NCBI GenBank assembly: GCA_964016885.1
Contig: OZ024741.1
Location: 176,638,001-176,702,000 of the forward strand
DNA: 64,000 nt
Reading direction: 5' to 3'
Source of the DNA: Eledone cirrhosa
Taxonomy: Eukaryota
In this document: piece after piece, positions 54,788 through 64,000 of the stretch
How positions within the stretch are numbered: the stretch's first letter is position 1
How the letters are laid out: each line of letters begins with the position of its first letter
The notes under the pieces: generated by a model
What the model was told of the DNA's origin: nothing
The model's input: only the letters and a program-made list of their open reading frames with translations
The model's database searches: none
Translations under genes and position numbers: made by a program

Positions 54788-56926
54788 GTGTTTTCAGGGT
54801 TTGACTTTTTAACACAAATACTTTCATTAGTAAAGAGTAGAATTTTCCTAACTTATACCAAACTGCTTATACATAAAATCGAACAAGTCGTTAAAATAAT
54901 GAGATGGAAGGCAATGGTTTACGATGGACTATTCAGTGCTGATACAAATGATTGTTTTGACATAAAATCCCGTAAATACCCACCTAGAATTAAAGACATG
55001 ACCAACTTCGAATTAGACCTTGTTAATTTAATTAGTGATATCAAATTTCGTAAGTACAATAACAAGTTTGAAACTAAACTGTCTAACGATATTTCTAATT
55101 TAAAAAATTCTACAAACGCTTTTGTTCTTTCCGATAAAACTAAAATTATATTTGAAGTTAATAGTATTTTGTATAACCAACTTTTAACTAATAGTATCAC
55201 CAACAAATATCAATTAACTAATAATAAGACCTACAATACTATTAATAAAGAAGCTAAAGAACTAGCTAGTTCTTTAAAAATAGACAACCGGATTGAAAGC
55301 CTAGCTAAACGTAGAGAATATATTACCCTTAAAGACCATAAAGTAGACTTTACTAATCGATCTAGATGTAGACTGATTAACCCGGGTAAATCCGAAGTTA
55401 GCCTTGCAAGTAAAAAAATCTTAAGAAAAATAATTCTCCAAATTAGAACTAAGACTGACTTATCACAATGGTTAAATACATCCTCTGTTATTTCTTGGTT
55501 TAATAATATGCAAGGTAAAAATAAGTGTAGATTTACCCAATTTGATATTGTCGATTTTTACCCCTCTATCACTGTTTCCTTATTAACTAAAGCCTTAGAT
55601 TTTGCAAGACCCTTCATTAATATTTCTAAATTATAAGAAGACATTATCTTTCATGCTAGGAAAACTCTACTCTTTACTAATGAATGTATTTGGGTTAAAA
55701 AGTCAAACCCTGAAAACTCTTTTGGTGTTGCAATGGTTTCATATGACAGTGCGGATGTGTGTGACTTAGTAAGATTATTCCTTCTCCACACCCTTAAAGA
55801 GAAATTTCCTTCCCATAATATCGGTTTATACCGTGACGACGGATTGGCAGTTTCTCATACCACCAACGGCTATAACCTTGATAAATTCCGTAAATATTTA
55901 ATCAATACTTTTGCTAATTTTAACCTTAAAATTACTATAGATACGAACCTTACCAATGCTAACTTTCTTGACATTAATATTGACCTACTTACTGCCTCTT
56001 TTAAACCCTATCATAAACCTAACGAAAATCTTAGATATATACACAAAGAGTCTTGCCATCCCGCTGTAGTTTTTAAAAATCTTATCCCCAACATTAGCCG
56101 TAGGATTTCTACCTTATCTTCGTCTCTAGACATTTTTAACAAAGCCGCCGCCTATTATATTAAAGCCCTTAATGACAGCGGATTTACAGAACACATTAAA
56201 TATCTACATACTCCTCCCCCTAAAACTAACCACAATAATAGGAAAAGGAAAATTATTTTATTAACACCCCCCTTCTCTCTAACTGTCAAAACTAATGTAG
56301 GAAGGAAATTCCTTGACCTCTTGGACAAACATTTTCCTCCTAATCATAGATATTATAAGATATTTAATAGAAATGTAGTTAAAATCAGTTACCATTGCTG
56401 CCCATCAATGAGGTCTAAAATCACCAATTCTAATCGTACGAGAATAAATCCAGGATGCAGTTGCAGGAAGCCGGATGAATGCCCATTACAGGGAAAATGT
56501 AATACTAAATCCGTTGTATATGAGGCCAAAGTAACACATTTAATTAACAACCAGCCAGCCAGGAGTAAACGATATGTTGGCATGACTCAGGACAGGTTCA
56601 AAACCAAGTTTTATGCACATGTCGCTTCTTTTAAACACTCTGATAAAAGAACAGCAATGGCTCTTGCAAATAAGGTGTGTGAATTCAAAGCTGAAAACAT
56701 CCCGTACTCTATCGATTGTTCTATTTTAGACCATTCGAGGGAGTACCAAAGGGGCACAAAGAATTGTTCTTTGTGTACCACTGACAAATTTAGGATTCTA
56801 CAAAACTTGAAAGCCACTTCAACTTGCCAGAACTCCAAGACCGAGATCTTCAGATGTTGTGCTCACCTGAAATCACACCTGATCTGTAACTGGATTGACA
56901 TTCCTACGATGACTCAACCACCTTGA
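54788..56926 (+). pseudogene. PLE reverse transcriptase-GIY-YIG polyprotein with one in-frame TAA (55634-55636)
   Basis: ORFs 54788-55636 and 55733-56926 share a frame: RLINPGK, FDIVDFYPSI, GLYRDDGL, NFLD, CSCRKPDECPLQGKC, VVY..YVG, CSLC. Confidence 0.92.
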
Positions 56927-57153
56927 ACTTCTCTGCTCTCTACGCCTTACATCCACTACGATTTTTATTACTCTCTGAACTCACTTTCTGTACTCTTATA
57001 TTCTTTTTCTCCCTTATCTCCCCTTATATTTATACCTTTTCCTGTTATTTATTTTCCTTATTCTCCCTACTTTCTACCTTACCCTTTAATACCCACCTTT
57101 TTATTTATAGATATTTATGTCTGTGTGTATGTATGTGTTTTGCATATGTGCGG

Positions 57154-57257
<104 letters not shown>

Positions 57258-57482
57258 GTATATAATTTTAGATATATATGCATACATAATTACATACAGA
57301 GTGATTTAATGTTTATTTTCATTGATTATTTGCTCTAGGAACTTGTTGAGTGCTCTGAATCAGCTATAAACATTTATACCTTTATCTATTTATTTATTTA
57401 TTTATTATTTGTTGTATTCCCAACTATTTGTTTACCCCTTCCACCCTTTTATTTTTATATATATATAATATGTATGTATTTT

Positions 57483-57529
<47 letters not shown>

Positions 57530-58031
57530 ATGTGTGTGTGTGTATATATGTATGTGTGTGTATATATGTGTGTATATATATATATATATGTATGTCTATA
57601 TATATATATATATATATGCGTGTGTATATCTGTGTGTATGTATATATGTATATGTATGTATGAGTATGTGTAAATGTGTGTATTGCTTACCACGTGTGTT
57701 TATTTATTTGTGTCCTCTCCTGTATCGGTGTCAAATTTATAATAATTTTTATTTTTATTTTCTTAAGTCGTATATTTTTTTTATTTGTAATTTTTTATTT
57801 TGATGTGACAGGTTTTTGCATATATGGTTGTCTATTGTCTTTTATTAATTTTTTTATTATTATTATTTTTTATTATGATTAATTGTGTGTGTGCGTATGT
57901 AAGTGTGAGTACATATATATATATATATGTGTGTACGTATGCATGCGTGTATATATGTGTGTATGTATGTGTGTATATGTACTTGTGTATATATGTATGA
58001 TTATATGTGTGTGTATATGTATGTATATATG

Positions 58032-58085
<54 letters not shown>

Positions 58086-58239
58086 TGTGTGTGTGTTTGT
58101 GTATTTGTGTGTAAGTGTATGTATGGATATGTATGTATATATGTATGTATATATATATATACATATATGTATATGTATGTGTGTATGTGTATATATGTGT
58201 GTATGTATATATATATATTTATACATATATATATATATA

Positions 58240-58280
<41 letters not shown>

Positions 58281-58451
58281 GTGTATGTATATGTGTATGT
58301 TCGTGTGTGTATATGTGTGTGTGCGTGTGCATGTGTGTTTATCTACGTTTATATTTATTCTGTTTCCTTTCGCTCTTCCTTTTCAAGCCTCACTTTCATA
58401 TAGATTATATTTTTGTTTTTAAAATCCACTGTCAATAAAACACCAGGATTT

Positions 58452-58512
58452 TTTCATTCTGATGACTGAAAGCAAATTACTTTTGCTTTCAAGAAACCAC
58501 TGGTAAATGAAA
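58452..58512 (+). ncRNA. type I hammerhead ribozyme, canonical core
   Basis: tttcatt-CTGATGA-c tgaaagcaaa..tttgctttca a-GAAA-ccactgg-TA-aatgaaa; the inverted copy at 54616-54676 has CTTATGA. Confidence 0.88.
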
Positions 58513-58536
58513 TAATTATCTATGTTGTTTATTACT

Positions 58537-58610
<74 letters not shown>

Positions 58611-59265
58611 AATTCCCGCGCTCACAGGCACGCACACAGACACACACACACACATACACACACGCTCATAAACACGCATGTACATATGTATGTATATCAG
58701 ATTCTATTGGGTTGTAATATAAAACTTCTTAATAAAAAAAAATACAATAAAGTTTTATGCGTATAGATACAAATAGGGTAACTGCGATTGCACAAATATA
58801 CACATTTTCAATGTGTATGCGTGTAGTCTGTAAACATGCCATAAAAAACGAATTTCCTTGTATATTGAAAAATATTTCAAACACTTTTAATGGATTTTCC
58901 TCCCTACTTGGGCCCACATTAGGAGGCATGTGTATCATCCAAAGAGCCACAAATCAATACAGTCTTAAATCTATTGTAAAATAAAAGCACTTATTTGTTT
59001 ATAATTAGCGTTCGTGTTGACAACAAATTCAAATGTATATCAGGACGTGCGCGAGCAGCCGAATTTTACGTTAAAGTTATATATATTACATATGTTACTT
59101 ATGGTACATATGTTACATATGTTACATATGTTACATAAAGTTACATACGTATAAATAAAGATTGGGTAACCGAAACTACACCTATATATATTTATATATA
59201 TATAGTATTATTATTATACTTGCGGTGGGTCATATTTGTGTAATAATATTGCCAGAATTAATAAC

Positions 59266-59332
<67 letters not shown>

Positions 59333-59399
59333 AAATATAAATTAATATATATGATGAAACACAAATACCAACATATCTGTATTTATATTGTAAAAGAAC

Positions 59400-61783
59400 A
59401 TTTAGTTAGCTAGAATGAAGTATACTAATTATAATATTACAGTCTGCCCATATCAAGTTAAAATAATAAATCAACAAAGACAAACAGTATTGCCAAATGG
59501 CCATGATGTTTAGACACATTTAAACTTCAAAATCAAACCTGTTCCGTAGATAAGTTTAATCTTTAAAATCCAAATATGTTTCGAGATAAAAAAGTGTAAG
59601 GATATCATGTGCTGCTCTCTTCAGTAAACATCCAGGAACAAATTGATATGCTTCACTTCCAAATATTTTTAAAGACTGTGTAACGCACATGGTTTACAGT
59701 TTCTAGCTAGCCTCATAACCGTACTGCTAGAAATAATAGCCGTATATATGAGGCTACTTTCAGCTCAACCTAAGGAGCAATAATATTAAGTGATTTATTA
59801 ATAATTTAGATAGCTCTAAGGATTAAATGCTATAAAATTAAAATGTAAAAAAATTAAATTTTCCATCTTAATAAGGTAATTAGAGTATGAATCTTATGTT
59901 ATTTTATAGCAAGTTATAAATTTATAAATGTACCTGTTATACGGTTATGACTGTTAAACATAAATTTGCTTGCTATAACGTCTTAACATTTAAACTTTTT
60001 TCATAGGAATATATCTAATGCATAAACCATAAAAAACTCTTTCATAAGAGTATATCTATAGAATATATTTAAAGTATACATTTTATATATATATAAGCAT
60101 TTTGATATATATATATATATTAAGCATTTGAAAAATATAGAAATATAGAAATATAAAATATACAATATACAATATGAATTATAATTTAAAAAAATATAAG
60201 AATATAGAAAATAAAATACACAGTATTAAATACGAATTATAATTTCCTTATACCCATCAGAGGAATTTTCCAAAAAATTCTTCTTTAAATCATTCAGTAC
60301 GTTTATCAAGAAATATCTTTCAAGAAAAATGTTTTCCATTTTTAAGACAGTTATAAGCAGTCATATGAAGGAATCTAATGAATTATCGATAGGTTTAATA
60401 AAGATGAGTTATGTATTACATTGTATATATATATATTTAAACGTTGAGTTCAATCTCTGTTTGCAAGAACTAAAAAGATTATTAAAATAACAGAATTCTT
60501 ACTTTTTAATATAAAGAATATTTCCTCCATACAAACACCACAATTTTCAGAAGAAGCATTGAATGGAGGGGCTTTGGAGATAATATTCCAAAGTAAAGAA
60601 TAGTTAGTGTTCTTTGATTTTAAGTACCATAGTAAATTAGATAGAGAAGTTGAAGATTTTTTATTTATATTCGTAAAAGAGCATTTATGGTTATTAAAAC
60701 GGGACTTAAAATGTGTGGAGGTAGATCCTACGTAATTAACTGAATTTAAATTAATTTTTACATTACAATTATATACTATATTTTTAACTAAACAATTGTT
60801 ATTGAATGGACAGTTAGATTTATTTCTACAGTTACATTTATAAAAATGTAAGTTTCTAGGAGCCGTATTATTCATTTGGATATTGCTGGGGTTATTAATG
60901 GTATTCTAGTTAGGTTTTCAGTTTCTATTATTAATTCTATTAATATTCTGCGCTAAATTACTGGTGGTTCAATACGTTAATTTTATAGTATGTCTATTAA
61001 ATATTGAGTAATACCTATGTGTTCTAGGGAAGCATTTATCTAGAGCTTTAAAGAATAATTTAGCAATAGGAGTTTTAATACTTAATGAGTTAGTTTAAAA
61101 TATAGTATATAATTGTAATGTAAAAACTAATTTAAATTCATATAGTTACGTAGGCTCTACCTCCACAGATTTTAAGTCCCGTTTTAATAACCATAAATGC
61201 TCTTTTACGAATATAAAAAAAAGAATCTTCAACTTCTCTATCTAATTTACTATGGGACCTAAAATCAAAGAACACTAACTATTCTTTACTTTGGAATATT
61301 ATCTCCAAAGCTCCTCCATTCAATGGTTCATCTGAAAATTGTGGTCTTTGTTTAGAGGAAATATTCTTTATATTAAAAAGTAAAAATTCTGTTAATTTAA
61401 GGAATAATCTTTTCAGTTCTTGCAAACAGATTGAACTCAACGTTTCAATATATATATGAAATGTAACTCATCTTTATTAAATCTATCGATAATTCATTAG
61501 ATTCCTTCATATGACTGCTTATAACTTTCTTAAAAGAAAAGTTTTTTCCTTGGAAAAAATTTTTCTTGAAAAAATTTTCTTGATAAACGTACTGAAAGAT
61601 TTAAAGAAGGATTTTTTGAAAATTCCTCTGATGGGTATAAGGAAATTATAATTCATATTTTATACTGTGTATTTTATTTTCTATATTCTTATATCTTTTA
61701 AAATTATAATTCATTTAAAAAATTATAATTCATATTTTATATCGTATATTTTATATTTCTATATTTCTATATTTTTCAAATGC

Positions 61784-61876
<93 letters not shown>

Positions 61877-62190
61877 AAATGCTTATATATGTATACAATT
61901 TATACTTTAAATATATTCTATAGATATACTCTTATGAAAGAGCTTTTTATGGTTTATGCTTTAGATATATTCCTATGAAGAAAGTTTAAATGTTAAGACA
62001 TTATAGCAAGCAAATTTATGTTTTAACAGTCATAACAGTATAACAGGTAGATTTATAAATTTATAACTTGCTATAAAATAACATAAGATTCATACTCGAA
62101 TTACATTATTAAGATGGGAAATTTAATTTTTTAACATCTTAACTTTATAGCATTTAATCCTTAGAGCTATCTAATTTATTAATAAATCAC
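59400..62190 (-). mobile_element. Naiad-like PLE 3' part (GIY-YIG ORF 60450-60875) with ~1-kb inverted arms 59790-60792 / 61089-62190
   Basis: CNCRNKSNCPFNNNC, NIVY..YVGSTST.FKSRFNNH; arms are reverse complements. Confidence 0.88.
59567..59631 (-). ncRNA. type I hammerhead motif
   Basis: ttta-CTGAAGA-gag...ctc-GAAA-cata-TT-tgga; homolog at ~23385-23470 has TTGATAA..GAAA-catg-TT. Confidence 0.55.
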
Positions 62191-63035
62191 TAGCAATTTC
62201 CTTTACGCTCTACTGCTGTTACACATAAGGGATTATTCTTCTGTAAACTGTCGGAATTTCCATGGGCTTAGAAATATTCGGATATTTTAAACCTGCAATT
62301 TTTGTTTTAACTAATTAATAATTAATAATAAATTTATATATGTTTTTGCAATAATAACATATTTTTTAATAATATATAATTTTAATAATATATATTCTTT
62401 AATAATATATAGGTCTCAATTTGAATAATCTAACATACACATTTAAACCACGGATTGAATTGATAAATTATTAATTAAACATTTAGTCAAATTTATTAAT
62501 TAAACATTAGATACAATTCTTCAACTTATCATTATAATGAATCCGGCTATTATTATTTATCCACGCTTTATTGTTTATCCACGCTATGGTATTCATCCAC
62601 GCTATATTCATTTCTTCGCTTCTTCTCTCAAAATTATAGTATTACTATCCTTATAATTAATATTCTCTCTCACTTAAATATACTCACGTTTTTCTCTTTC
62701 TTTCTTTCGTTTTTTTCTCTTTTTCTCTTTCATTCTCTCTTTTTTTCTTTTTTCCCTATTCCAACGGCTTAATTTAAATATACTGTTATTTTAACCTTTC
62801 CGACACTAATTTGCATAATAAACGAACAATACATCTAATAACTCCACTATCCAGGAAATTCCAACCAGAATGGTTGCATTTTTTCAGAGTATGTCAATAT
62901 TTATTTATAAAACTAACCTATCTTATATTTTATCTGATGAAAGCGCACCATAATTTGCCTTGGTGGCCCTTGAAATATGTATAATGAAATAAATATGGTT
63001 TTATAAATATAGTTTCCATTTGTTAATATATTGTA
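62191..63035 (+). mobile_element. 3' end of a second PLE family fused to the inverted arm
   Basis: Homologous to 2765-3010(-); carries an HHR. Confidence 0.65.
62926..62991 (+). ncRNA. type I hammerhead ribozyme
   Basis: tattttat-CTGATGA-aagcgcacca..tggtggccctt-GAAA-tatgta-TA-atgaaata. Confidence 0.8.
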
Positions 63036-64000
63036 TATTTACTCCAATAATTTGTTGAGTGCTTTATCCCAGTTATAAAAATATTTTGCTTGTATCCAAA
63101 CAAATTAAATATAACCTCTAAATATATGTATATATATATGTTAGTATGTATATATACATTTTTAGTATGTAGGCATGTCAAATTCCATTGCTTTAGCCCA
63201 TGTTATGGTCCCATCATCAGCCTTGCTTACACGATAATTTGTTGAGAAATCGAAGTTGTACACATTCGACAGAGTAGCAACATCACTACCGCATTCCCCA
63301 TATACCAAACTATCCCACTGTTTGTTCTGTATTAAATCCATCTAATAACAAGCCAGTGATTCTAGTGAAATACAGTGTTATGTGCTTCTTGTTCGAATAT
63401 GAATTAGGCATTCCTTATAACAACAATCGTGACTAATTATACAACGTTATATTCTGTATATTGCAATTGATTTACAAACACACACACACACAAAGGCACA
63501 CACCTGTGCCTGTCTGTGCTTTTTTTAATGTGTGTATGTGTGTGTGTCTGAGTATGTGTATATATATAATGGTATGCTATAATATATATCATGCGCAAAC
63601 AATAAACATAATAATAATTTAAATGGATGAAACGAAAAAAATATTCAGGATATATTAAATCTAGTATTTACTGTGATGTCCAAAACCAATCGAATTGTAA
63701 AGTTAGGACATGAAACATATAAACACAATACCATATTTCAGACTGTATAAATCACGAAATAATGGTAGATTTATTGAATAGTGATTCTTAAATAGATATC
63801 TGTATATTTGTGTTGAATACAGCCTATCAATATTAACTAGATATCTCCAATCTCCAGATAATAATTTGGCTAGACATCACCGTATACTCATCAATTTTGC
63901 AACACATTGCATTTTATTACTATATCGACTATATATGCTTGGTTAAATTTATTCAATGTTGAACGCTCTAAGGTCGTTCCAATGCGAGAGTCCTCCATCG

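Overview
AT-rich eukaryotic non-coding DNA, most likely an octopus/cephalopod (inferred from the tRNA-derived SINE families and the dense (TA)n, (CA)n, (TATG)n and (ATCT)n microsatellites). I found no confident host gene; most ORFs in the track are microsatellite artefacts. The window is dominated by Penelope-like retroelements (PLEs; RT plus C-terminal GIY-YIG) of at least three protein types, plus many non-coding PLE-like 3' ends. Two patterns recur. (1) Nearly every 3' end carries a type I hammerhead ribozyme (HHR) motif: more than a dozen distinct families, including U3-A8 and CCGAUGA core variants and palindromic stem III. (2) The insertions sit in (TA)n as 'tail-out' inverted structures: two 3' ends face outward, one arm runs to the full terminus and the other stops about 45-165 nt short at an internal TA-rich motif, and some insertions join arms from different families. 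Also present: L1/Tx1, RTE and R4/Dong-type LINE relics and two SINE families. Coordinates and structures were read by eye, so boundaries are approximate and ribozyme activity is untested.
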